Assembly (NCBI GenBank): GCA_019307665.1 | Contig: JAFDJC010000001.1 | Span: 1-45,772, forward strand | Length of the DNA: 45,772 bases | DNA from: Deltaproteobacteria bacterium | GTDB taxonomy: Bacteria > Desulfobacterota > Desulfobacteria > Desulfobacterales > SURF-7 | Reading direction: 5' to 3' | Shown here: positions 7,499 to 16,465 of the stretch, one piece after another | Position numbering within the stretch: the first letter of the stretch is position 1 | Layout of the letters: every line of letters starts with the position of its first letter | Made by a program: the position numbers and the translations under genes | The notes under the pieces: generated by a model | Databases searched by the model: none | Seen by the model: the letters and a program-made list of their open reading frames with translations, nothing else | What the model was told of the DNA's origin: nothing

Positions 7499-9921
7499 TA
7501 TATTCCTGACTTAAAGAACTGCTCGGTCTCGGTAACGGTATCCGGCTTTTGAGTATATTCAGTCGGTTCCGTCCCCTCTTTAAAACACTCAAATATAGTT
7601 CTTTTCGATTCAGGGATTGCTAATTTGCCGGTATCGGCATCTATCTTTGTAAATACAATACCCTCAGGAACTTGAAAAACCCTTACCGGTTTCTCAGCCA
7701 GAAATCTTTTCATGAATCCCAGCCATATGGGACTTGCAGCCCTAGATCCCGTTTCCCCTTTGCCAAGAGACTGCTCCTTGTCATAGCCGACCCATGTGCC
7801 GGTAATATATCGCGGTGTATACCCTACAAACCATGCATCATAAAGGTTATTTGTTGTACCGGTCTTGCCGGCCACAGGCCTCTCGAGCGACCTGACCCTG
7901 CGACCGGTTCCGTGCTTTACAACATCTTCAAGCATATTTGTTATTATATATGCCGTATTTTTTTCAATAGCCCTCTTTTTTTCGATGAAATTTTCCTCTA
8001 ATATCGCACCATCCCTGTTTTCTATTTTTGTAATAAAAACAGGCGTTACAAGAAAACCAAGGTTTGCAAATACAGAATAAATATTCACTGCTTCTAGTAA
8101 AGATATGCCTGATGAACCGAGAGCAATCGACAAATCCCTGCTTAACGGCGACTTGACACCAAGGCTCTCGGCATAATTAATCGCGTAGTCAACACCTATA
8201 TTTTTTAAAATTTTTATGGTTACGATATTGTGTGACTTTACAAGTGCTGTTCTGAAGAACGTCGGCCCAAAAAATTTCTCTTCGTAGTTTTTGGGTTTCC
8301 ATGTGAAATCACGTTCTTCATCCGTAAAAACAACCGGCGTATCAAGTATTTCAGTTGCGGTGGTATAGCCCTTGTCAAGAGCTGCAGCATATATGACCGG
8401 CTTAAATGCTGATCCGGGCTGCCGCCTCGACTGTATCGCCCTGTTAAACTGGCTGTTTCTGAAATCCTTTCCGCCAACCATCATTTTTATATATCCTGTC
8501 TCAGCTTCCATGCATAACATTGCAGCCTGAACTTCGGGTTCCTGTTCAAGAGCGCACTCATAATAATCTTCTTCTTCGAGCCTTCCTTTGGTCCTTACCA
8601 GGATCACGTCGCCTGCGGAAAGCACTTCACCTGGATGCCTAATACCGGTTTCATACCATGAAACTTTAGGGTCAGGCGTTCTAGCCCATTTCATATCTTC
8701 TATCTTAATTTTTCCAACCGAATTCCCTATTCGTAATGTGACGACATCTTCCGTGTCATCCACATTAATAACAACCGCCTTTGAAATATTGCCATCCTCC
8801 GGAAACGAATTTTCCATTTCAGCCTGAAGTATTTCACAAAACGGTTCGATTTCTTCAGGTGCAAGGTGCTCTAAAGGACCTCTGTAACCTTGTCGTTTAT
8901 CAAGTTCCCGCGTTCCTTTTTCAATCTCCTCACGGGCAACATGCTGCATATCTATATCAACGGCGGTGTTAATCTTAAGCCCATCTCTATAGAGGGCGTA
9001 TTCTCCATACTTCCTCTTGATATATCGCCTTACATGTTCGGTATAATACGGAACCTTTTCAATGTAAAAATTACGCCTGGACTTTATATCCAGTTCCGTA
9101 TTGATCGCCTCCGTAGCCTCGCTGTTTGTGATATATCCTTCAGATACCATTCGATTCAGCACATATATCTGTCTTTTTTTTGCCCTCTCCGGATGCCTAA
9201 ATGGTGAATACTTGCTAGGTGCTTGTGGAAGACCTGCCAACATGGCACATTCTGCAAGATTCATATCTTTTACGGATTTACCAAAATAGTTTTCAGCTGC
9301 TGCTTCCACACCGTATGCACCGTGACCGAGATAAATCTGGTTTAAATAAAGAAAAAGAATTTCATTTTTTTTGAATGTCTTGTCTATTCTATAGGAAAGA
9401 ATCGCCTCTTTTATTTTTCTGCTGTAACTTTTTTCAGGTGTCAATAAAAACGATTTGGTCACTTGCTGTGTAATGGTGCTGCCACCCTGTACGATAGTAC
9501 CGGCCTCTATGTTTTTAATAAATGCGCGCATAACCCCCAAAAAATCGATTCCCTCATGAACATAAAACCGTGCGTCTTCAGCTGAAACAAATGCCTTTAT
9601 CAGCATTTCCGGCATATCTTCCAGTGGAATTACAATTCTTCGTTCCTTAAAAAACTCAGCGATTTTTCTTCCGTCATCGGAATAAACAGTTGTTATCACA
9701 GGCGGCCGATAGTCTTTCAATGAGATAATTTTCGGAAGGTCCTTCTTAAAATAATAATAACCCGAGAGTAAAACAGAACCTGCCAAAATGATCGTAAACA
9801 AAAAAAGCATTATAAAAAAACGGGCTACCTTTGGCAGGTATCCCTTATTCTCACTTTTAGCACGCTTTTTTAATATTTGGGATTTTGTTTTCCTTGTATC
9901 CATCCCTAAAAACCGATCCAT
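7498..9921 (-). CDS. mrcA: Penicillin-binding protein 1A (bifunctional glycosyltransferase/transpeptidase)
   Basis: GT51 motifs (SAEDARFYVHEGID, GGSTITQQ, RKIKE) and transpeptidase motifs (SAFKP, SHN-type, KTGTT). The start could instead be the second ATG at 9903, which would remove the overlap with the upstream gene. Confidence 0.9.
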   Translation of the reverse strand: MDRFLGMDTRKTKSQILKKRAKSENKGYLPKVARFFIMLFLFTIILAGSVLLSGYYYFKKDLPKIISLKDYRPPVITTVYSDDGRKIAEFFKERRIVIPLEDMPEMLIKAFVSAEDARFYVHEGIDFLGVMRAFIKNIEAGTIVQGGSTITQQVTKSFLLTPEKSYSRKIKEAILSYRIDKTFKKNEILFLYLNQIYLGHGAYGVEAAAENYFGKSVKDMNLAECAMLAGLPQAPSKYSPFRHPERAKKRQIYVLNRMVSEGYITNSEATEAINTELDIKSRRNFYIEKVPYYTEHVRRYIKRKYGEYALYRDGLKINTAVDIDMQHVAREEIEKGTRELDKRQGYRGPLEHLAPEEIEPFCEILQAEMENSFPEDGNISKAVVINVDDTEDVVTLRIGNSVGKIKIEDMKWARTPDPKVSWYETGIRHPGEVLSAGDVILVRTKGRLEEEDYYECALEQEPEVQAAMLCMEAETGYIKMMVGGKDFRNSQFNRAIQSRRQPGSAFKPVIYAAALDKGYTTATEILDTPVVFTDEERDFTWKPKNYEEKFFGPTFFRTALVKSHNIVTIKILKNIGVDYAINYAESLGVKSPLSRDLSIALGSSGISLLEAVNIYSVFANLGFLVTPVFITKIENRDGAILEENFIEKKRAIEKNTAYIITNMLEDVVKHGTGRRVRSLERPVAGKTGTTNNLYDAWFVGYTPRYITGTWVGYDKEQSLGKGETGSRAASPIWLGFMKRFLAEKPVRVFQVPEGIVFTKIDADTGKLAIPESKRTIFECFKEGTEPTEYTQKPDTVTETEQFFKSGI

Positions 9922-10577
9922 TGTGTTATACTGTCGACAGGTTCCCTTGTGGATTCTAACCTGTTGGCGGGAAAATCAGGATCAGGATACCCTATTGCAA
10001 TTGCAATCATTATTCTCCTGGTTTCACTAATACCTGCAAGTTCTCTCAAAACCTCAGGGTATAGAACCCCTTGGTCCTCAATGCATGTTCCAAGTCCATG
10101 ATCAAGAGCGGCAAGACAAATGCTCTGCATTACAGCACCAATATCAATAAGAGGGCTCGATTCAGCCAGAATGCTGTCTGTTGTGATAATGATGGCAGCA
10201 GGTGCATCAAAAAATCGAAAGCCTCTTTCAAACCATTCCGCCCTTTTTTCCTTGTCTTCCCTTTTAATATCCATAATGCTGAAAATCTGTTTTGCAAGCC
10301 CCACCTGGCGCTGTCTGTAAATACTGTCCTGCGGCCACCCCACAACAAGATGATCCGGTTGCGCCGGTGCGCCGCTATTAAGTTTCCCGATAATTGCTGA
10401 TTTTATTTTATCGAGTATGTCACCGGCAATAACGGTGAATTCCCATGGCTGGATATTCATTGCCGACGGTGCCCGACCAGCTGTTACCAGAATTTCCCTC
10501 AACATATCTTTTGAAACAGGATCAGATTTATATCCTCTTATACTTTTTCGTTTTCTCATAGCCTCTGTGATTTCCAT
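9906..10577 (-). CDS. Nitroreductase-family protein
   Basis: MRKRKSIRGYKSDPV...L..IL..AGRAPSAMNIQPWEF is the classic nitroreductase N-terminus. The start is at ATG 10577 with AAAGGAGAG upstream. Confidence 0.85.
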   Translation of the reverse strand: MEITEAMRKRKSIRGYKSDPVSKDMLREILVTAGRAPSAMNIQPWEFTVIAGDILDKIKSAIIGKLNSGAPAQPDHLVVGWPQDSIYRQRQVGLAKQIFSIMDIKREDKEKRAEWFERGFRFFDAPAAIIITTDSILAESSPLIDIGAVMQSICLAALDHGLGTCIEDQGVLYPEVLRELAGISETRRIMIAIAIGYPDPDFPANRLESTREPVDSITQWIGF

Positions 10578-10817
10578 AAAACTCTCCTTTATAATGTAAC
10601 GCTTTAAAAACAATAATTTGTAGCTTCTCAATAACCCCGAGCCAAGAATATCTCATTTATAAATATCTGAAACTCGCTTTGCTCAGACAGTCACCTATTT
10701 ATAAATGAAACATCCTTGGCTCCCTGTTTTTTTAAGAACTTACAATAATTTTTCATAAATGTGTCTATTTATCACATTTCACAGCGGCGTCAAAAGTTAT
10801 TTTTACCGATGAGTTTT

Positions 10818-11312
10818 TTATGTTGTATTCTTCCCGGTGAGTTCTTGATACGCTTCCTGAATTTCTACAAACTTATTCTTGGCAAGCTCCTGAAGTTCCG
10901 GTCCCAGATGACTGACCTTGTCCGGATGATAGGCATGGACAGCCCGTCGATAGGCTGCATGAATTTCTTCCTGGCTTGCGCCGGGTTGAACTCCCAGTAT
11001 CTCGAATGGCGTTTTTTTCTGAAATGTATCAGTCCTGCCCTGTCTGTTCCCGTATTCCCCATATGAACCAGTTGAATCAGTCTGGTTATGTCTGTATTTT
11101 GCGTTCTTTTTTTTAAAGGGATCTAAAATATTTTTAAGGTTGATTAAGAATCCCGGCAAGCGGCCTCTTCTTAAAAAATAGAGAAGAAGTCCCAGTAAAA
11201 ATGTATCGTCTATCCAGCCATAGATGGGCAGTAAATCCGGTATGAGATCAAACGGGCTTAGTATATAAAGAACAACAAGAATGATAAGTAATATGTAAAA
11301 AAAACCACGCAT
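10818..11312 (-). CDS. Membrane protein with an N-terminal DUF1232 (YkvA-like) region and a C-terminal J domain
   Basis: The N-terminus SPFDLIPDLLPIYGWIDD is DUF1232-like. The C-terminus FEILGVQPGASQEEIHAAYRRAVHAYHPDKV carries the HPD motif of DnaJ J domains. Confidence 0.75.
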   Translation of the reverse strand: MRGFFYILLIILVVLYILSPFDLIPDLLPIYGWIDDTFLLGLLLYFLRRGRLPGFLINLKNILDPFKKKNAKYRHNQTDSTGSYGEYGNRQGRTDTFQKKTPFEILGVQPGASQEEIHAAYRRAVHAYHPDKVSHLGPELQELAKNKFVEIQEAYQELTGKNTT

Positions 11313-11652
11313 GCAAAAATACCCATTATTGTATTAGATCGGCCGGATCAGACCGGCACATGATCAGTTTCATATATAATCGTATTTTCTTAAATAAATC
11401 AAATCCATATTACAAATTCGCATTGAAACTTGCCCAATTATCCACGGGTGGGCCAGATCTGCCTCAAACGGAATAAGATCTGATATATTATGTAATTTAT
11501 TACACAGTTGTGTAAGTTAATATATAAAAATTAAGAAATTATTTTCATAGTGACACTGTTTTTTTGACCTATCTTGTATATGTTTTTTTAACAAATACCC
11601 TATATTACTTGGAACAATTCTTGCATCTCGTTGTGTTATTATAAGTAAAATA

Positions 11653-11859
11653 ATGTTTAACAATCTTACACAGTTAATTATTATGACTCGCACAGACGCA
11701 ATTAAACAAGCAAAAAAATTATCAAAACATAACAAACAACTGTTTGTTATTTTTGACAAAGAGCTAAATGATTATTTTATATCTGAAGGGCAGGATTTTT
11801 ATATATCAAACGATTTCTATGAGGCAAGCCCTTATGAAATCATAGAAAAATTCAGATAG
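11653..11859 (+). CDS. Hypothetical small protein (58-68 aa; possible start at the internal ATG 11683)
   Basis: Supported only by an ORF in an otherwise non-coding AT-rich region. No recognisable motif and no clear SD. Confidence 0.2.
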   Translation: MFNNLTQLIIMTRTDAIKQAKKLSKHNKQLFVIFDKELNDYFISEGQDFYISNDFYEASPYEIIEKFR

Positions 11860-11875
11860 CTTACAATTTATAGAT

Positions 11876-12016
11876 ATGGCATTCATTATAGATAATGAGG
11901 GAAGGCGTTCAGAAAATGACAGACGCTCATTCTCATATGATATTTATCTTCCTGAAAAAAGATCCAATAAGGAGGATCGGAGAAGTGGAGAAGATCGAAG
12001 AAAAAAACTAAGATAA
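11876..12016 (+). CDS. Possible 46-aa Arg-rich peptide with repeated (D/E)RRS motifs
   Basis: My own translation: MAFIIDNEGRRSENDRRSFSYDIYLPEKRSNKEDRRSGEDRRKKLR*. Below the ORF-track cutoff, and no convincing SD. Confidence 0.15.
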   Translation: MAFIIDNEGRRSENDRRSFSYDIYLPEKRSNKEDRRSGEDRRKKLR

Positions 12017-12223
12017 CCCTATCCCCTATGATGAATGAGACACCTCTGACTGACCTTAGACAATTGATCTAAGTGACCTGTTTTCATGAAACCGATGCGT
12101 TCCCAACAGACCCGGACCATTTTTACAAAAAATAAAAATGCTTATTGACATATCAAATGGAGCCGGCTACATGAACAATTGAATTTTTCTTTCATTTTTT
12201 CATTTTCTTTTTAAAGGAGGCGC

Positions 12224-12826
12224 ATGGGGAAAAAAACAACGCCCGAAAAAATCTACGAAACAGCTCTTAAAGTGTTTGCCAAATATGGATTCCGACGAAC
12301 ACGCGTGAAAGACATTACCGGTGAACTCGATATGGCCACCGGCACACTATACCTTTACGTAAAGAATAAAAAAGACCTTTATGAAAAAACGGTTTCGCAT
12401 GGCATCAAAAAGTGGCAGGAAAAAGTATTCGAAGCGATTGCCGATATTGATGATGTCAGGGAGCAGTTCCTTGCCATGTGTAAAAGAAGCTACGGATATC
12501 TGGCCGAAGATGTAAATTTGCGTCAGGTCCTGATCAATGATCCATCAATCTTTCCCCTGTCTCCCAGGAAAGTGCGCTTCCCTGAAATTGACACGGCCTC
12601 TATTAATCTAATCAAGGAAATTCTTCAAAAAGGGATAAAACAGCAGATTTTTCGTAATATTGATGTTGATCGTACCGCAGAGTTTTTTTATTCAATCTAT
12701 GTCATGTTTATCATCAAGACGTATGTTAAATCTGAAGGCCAGTCCGCACAAAAGATGTTTGATGAAGGGCTCGATTTAATGCTGAACGGGCTGATAAAAA
12801 AAGCAGCTGGGGGACAACTGGGATAA
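12224..12826 (+). CDS. TetR/AcrR-family transcriptional regulator
   Basis: N-terminal HTH: A..VFAKYGFRRTRVKDITGELDMATGTLYLYVKNKKDLY. Strong SD AAAGGAGG 5 nt upstream of the ATG. Confidence 0.85.
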   Translation: MGKKTTPEKIYETALKVFAKYGFRRTRVKDITGELDMATGTLYLYVKNKKDLYEKTVSHGIKKWQEKVFEAIADIDDVREQFLAMCKRSYGYLAEDVNLRQVLINDPSIFPLSPRKVRFPEIDTASINLIKEILQKGIKQQIFRNIDVDRTAEFFYSIYVMFIIKTYVKSEGQSAQKMFDEGLDLMLNGLIKKAAGGQLG

Positions 12827-12910
12827 TTTTTTAAAAAACCGGTTTAATTTTCCTCCTGTTTGTGATTCAATCAGAAAAATTCAATATTAACATTATATAA
12901 AGGACAAGAC

Positions 12911-13939
12911 ATGGTGTTTCCCTCAAAACAAAAAACATGCGCCGAGTACTATCGAGTCATTCAGCTGGCAATCGCCGTTATTGTCATTTTATCACTGACC
13001 GGCTGCGGTGTCCCGAGGATAAAACTCTTCTCAGATGCTACTGATCCACTCAAAGAGTACACTATTGAAGGTAGTAAAAAAGGTAAAGTTGCTGTTATCG
13101 ATATAGACGGCGTTATCTCGAACATGCAGAAAAGAGGTCTTTTTTTCCGTGATATGCCAAGCATGGTGCAGGAAGTCGTTTCACAACTTAAAATGGCGGA
13201 AAAGGATAAAGAGGTAAAAGCTATCGTTCTTAAAGTCAATTCTCCGGGCGGGACCACTACCGCCAGTGATATTCTTTACAAAGAAATTTTGGACTTTAAA
13301 GAAAAGACAGGTACAAAAGTTGTTGTCACAATGATGGATGTTGCGGCTTCCGGCGGTTACTATATATCTCTGCCGGCTGATTATATCATGGCGCACCCTA
13401 CCACCGTGACGGGTTCGATAGGCGTTATCTTTATGAGGCTTGAAGCATACGGTCTTATGGAAAAAATCGGTGTTGGCGTCAATGTCAACAAGTCAGGACG
13501 AAACAAAGACATGGGTTCGCCTTTCCGGCAGCCGACAGATGAAGAAGAGGAAATATTTAACTCTCTTATAGGCAACCTTAGCACACGCTTTTTGGATCTG
13601 GTAAAAAAACACAGAAACCCTGAGAACACCTCTTTTGACGAAATCAAAACCGCTAGAGTCTATGTGGCGGACGATGCCCTTAAGGCAGGCCTTATAGATG
13701 AAATCGGGTATGTAAAAGATGCACTCTCCCATGCCAAAAAACTTGGAAATCTACATGACGATGCAAAAGTTGTTGTGTATCGCAGATCAGAATATCCTAA
13801 CGATAATATTTACAACACTTCAACAAGTCATTACCAGGGAAACGGCCTGGCACTGGTAAACGTTGATTTATTTAATTCATTACCGGCTTTTAAAACCGGC
13901 TTTTACTATCTCTGGTGGCCCTCTGCTGCAGGGAACTAA
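12911..13939 (+). CDS. sppA: Signal peptide peptidase SppA (36K type, S49 family), lipoprotein-type signal
   Basis: Lipobox LSLTGC. S49 core VVVTMMDVAASGGYYISLPADYIMAHPTTVTGSIGV, and ...VYVADDALKAGLIDEIGY. Confidence 0.85.
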   Translation: MVFPSKQKTCAEYYRVIQLAIAVIVILSLTGCGVPRIKLFSDATDPLKEYTIEGSKKGKVAVIDIDGVISNMQKRGLFFRDMPSMVQEVVSQLKMAEKDKEVKAIVLKVNSPGGTTTASDILYKEILDFKEKTGTKVVVTMMDVAASGGYYISLPADYIMAHPTTVTGSIGVIFMRLEAYGLMEKIGVGVNVNKSGRNKDMGSPFRQPTDEEEEIFNSLIGNLSTRFLDLVKKHRNPENTSFDEIKTARVYVADDALKAGLIDEIGYVKDALSHAKKLGNLHDDAKVVVYRRSEYPNDNIYNTSTSHYQGNGLALVNVDLFNSLPAFKTGFYYLWWPSAAGN

Positions 13940-13998
13940 TAACAGGGTTGAAGATTCTCTTTGTGCGGCCCTTAAAAAAATACGTTGGAGGATTATAA

Positions 13999-14523
13999 AT
14001 GGACATGACCAAATCTGACTACAGAGAAGATGTTGAAAGACCGACAGCTGTTTTTGCAACAACCCTCGGTACTTTTGAAATTGAATTGTATGCAAAAGAA
14101 TGCCCGGAAACAGTATGGAATTTCATTAACCTTGCCGAAGGCCGGCAGGAAACTCTAAAAGAAAGCAATTATTATGATAGCCTTATTTTCCACCGGATTA
14201 TATCCGGGTTCATGATTCAGGGCGGCTGCCCTTTGGGTAACGGCACCGGAGGCCCGGGATATAATTTCCAGGATGAATTTAATTCGTCATTAAAACATGA
14301 TGATGAGGGAATATTGTCAATGGCCAACGCGGGACCCGGCACAAACGGCAGTCAGTTCTTCATTACGCTGGGACCTCAGCCTCATCTTAATGACAAGCAC
14401 ACGGTTTTCGGTAAGGTTGTCAAAGGAATAGATGTTATCAGGGAAATCGGCTCCGTCAAAACAGGTCCAATGGACAAACCGGTTGAACCTATTGCAATCG
14501 ACAGTGTCACAATAAAAAGGTAA
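13999..14523 (+). CDS. Peptidyl-prolyl cis-trans isomerase, cyclophilin type
   Basis: FHRIISGFMIQGGCP, GTGGPGY.F.DEF, LSMANAGPGTNGSQFFIT and HLNDKHTVFGKVV. GGAGG SD upstream. Confidence 0.9.
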   Translation: MDMTKSDYREDVERPTAVFATTLGTFEIELYAKECPETVWNFINLAEGRQETLKESNYYDSLIFHRIISGFMIQGGCPLGNGTGGPGYNFQDEFNSSLKHDDEGILSMANAGPGTNGSQFFITLGPQPHLNDKHTVFGKVVKGIDVIREIGSVKTGPMDKPVEPIAIDSVTIKR

Positions 14524-14572
14524 AAAATCACCAAAGGCATCTGGTAAAAGTGCTATAATAGAAACATTCGAA

Positions 14573-15457
14573 ATGACTGTATTTAAATCAGGTTTTATCG
14601 CCATCTCCGGAGCGCCTAATGCAGGGAAATCCACACTTTTAAACCGGATGATAGGCCAAAAAATCTCGATTACGTCCAGAAAACCGCAGACAACACGTAA
14701 TCGAATTCTCGGCGTAGTACACGGCCCTTCATCACAAATTGTCTTTATCGACACTCCCGGCATCCACAATACAAAAAGCCCACTTAACGTGAGAATGGTG
14801 GATGTCGCCATCTCCGCTTTTGGTGATGCAGACCTGATCCTTGTTCTAGTGGATGCGTCTCGCCCTGATCCTGCCTCTGAAGAACTCATTATCCGTCAGT
14901 TAGGCAAGCAGAACCAGCCGGTGATACTGGCATTAAACAAAATAGATCTTGTTAAAAAACCGGTTATTCTTGAGATAATTGATAAATGGGCAGGGATTTT
15001 TTTGTTTTAATCCATCATACCCGTGTCGGCAAAGCATGGCACTCAGGTTTCCGAGCTTCTTTCAGCTATGAAACACTGCCTTCCCGAAGGCCCTGCTTTT
15101 TTCCCCGAAGAGACACTGACCGACCTGCCGGAACGTTTTATTGCGGCAGAAATAATCCGTGAAAAGGTTTTCCGGCTCACCGGACAGGAGGTTCCTTACG
15201 CAACCGCCGTAACCATTGACAGTTTCTTCGAAGAAAAAAACGGCCTGGTCAAAATTTCTGCAGTGATTCACATTGAACGTGATTCGCAAAAGGGCATTAT
15301 CATCGGTAAAAAAGGGAGTAAGCTTAAAGAAATCGGTGAGCAGTCAAGAAAAGACATTGAAACCATGATGGGAGCAAAAGTCTTTTTGAAACTCTTCGTA
15401 AGAGTTCAGAAAAACTGGAGCAGGGATACAAAAGCGATTCGTAAATTCGGTTACTGA
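14573..15457 (+). pseudogene. era: GTPase Era, interrupted by an in-frame TAA at 15008-15010
   Basis: ORFs 14573..15010 and 15023..15457 share one reading frame. G1 (GAPNAGKST), G3 (DTPG) and G4 (NKID) lie before the stop. The G5-like PVSA and the KH domain (IIREKVF...IIGKKGSKLKEIG) lie after it. The junction reads ...WAGIFLF*SIIPVSAKHG. Confidence 0.75.
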
Positions 15458-15484
15458 TGACAGACTGCTTTTAATTTGAAGGCC

Positions 15485-16342
15485 ATGATTCTATCCTTTC
15501 ATCCATGCTTTGAGGCAGACGTTAATATCATTTGTGCCGGAAGGCAGCCCGACTCAAACGATTTAAAAGCAATCAAGGCATCAAGTGCCGTCATCCTGCC
15601 GCAAGGATGCCGGGAATCCCTTTACAAAATGGCCAGTGCCAACAACCGGTATATTTTCCCCAACTATCATGCAAGATTTGAATTTCCAGGTAAATCAGGC
15701 CAGATCAGGCTGTTTAAAAAAGAGGGCGTGCCCTCCCCTGAAACAAAAGCATTTAAAAATGTCGATTTGTTTAAAAAACAATATCCAAACACACCTGCTC
15801 TATTCCAGGAATTCCAGTTTCCATTTGTTTTTAAGTTTGATTGGGGAGGTGAAGGGGAAACAGTTTTTTTAATACAATCAAGTTCAGAACTGAAGGAGAT
15901 GATCGCAAAGGCATGTCGCTTTGAAAAATCGGGCCAAAGCGGGTTCATGATACAGGAACATATCAAATCTCCACCCCAGGTACTGAGGGTTGCGGTTATC
16001 GGTGAAACATTTATTTCATATTGGCGTGTCAATGAGGATCAGAATACTTTTAAAGCTGGTCTTTCAAACCATGGAATTATCGATCGGGATAGAGATCCGG
16101 ACATTCAAAAACAAGCCGTGTCTGCGGCAAAAGTCTTTTGCAAAAAAACAGGAATAAACCTGGCTGGTTTTGATTTCATCGTTGAGAAAGATTCTCGGCA
16201 GAATACGCCTCTATTTCTTGAAATTAATTATTTTTTTGGCAGAAAAGGACTGGGAGGCTCTGAGTGTTTCTACGAACTGCTTAATACTGAAATTAAAAAG
16301 TGGCTTTCGAATTTAATCAGGCAAGTCTTAATACCCTCGTAA
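15485..16342 (+). CDS. ATP-grasp domain protein, substrate unknown
   Basis: FPFVFKFDWGGEGETVFLI, GFMIQEHI and the C-terminal GFDFIV...PLFLEINYFFG are ATP-grasp-like. ATG 15485 is preferred over the listed TTG 15476. Confidence 0.65.
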   Translation: MILSFHPCFEADVNIICAGRQPDSNDLKAIKASSAVILPQGCRESLYKMASANNRYIFPNYHARFEFPGKSGQIRLFKKEGVPSPETKAFKNVDLFKKQYPNTPALFQEFQFPFVFKFDWGGEGETVFLIQSSSELKEMIAKACRFEKSGQSGFMIQEHIKSPPQVLRVAVIGETFISYWRVNEDQNTFKAGLSNHGIIDRDRDPDIQKQAVSAAKVFCKKTGINLAGFDFIVEKDSRQNTPLFLEINYFFGRKGLGGSECFYELLNTEIKKWLSNLIRQVLIPS

Positions 16343-16354
16343 AATCCCGATTAC

Positions 16355-16423
16355 GTCACTCCGGCGAAAGTCGGAGTCCAGAAGCTATTGAAATGACTGG
16401 ATCCCGGCTTTCGCCGGGACGAC
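16355..16423. repeat. REP/MITE-like compound palindrome between convergent genes
   Basis: Arms GTCACTCCGGCGAAAGTCGGAGTCCAG (16355-16381) and CTGGATCCCGGCTTTCGCCGGGACGAC (16397-16423) are imperfect reverse complements. Each arm also folds on itself (ACTCCG/CGGAGT and TCCCGG/CCGGGA). A T-rich run follows (16434-16451). Confidence 0.65.
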
Positions 16424-16465
16424 TACAAATATTTTTTTGTTTTTTTTTTTGAGAGAGCATCTATT

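Noticed and set aside
14317-14889. 190-aa ORF on the - strand
   Set aside because: It is antisense to the well-supported cyclophilin and era genes and has no motifs.
15008-15010. The in-frame TAA in era as evidence for an alternative genetic code
   Set aside because: TAA is used as the normal terminator of several well-supported genes in this window, for example the mrcA, dprA and ihfA stops checked by hand. No other conserved gene here needs TAA to be read as sense.
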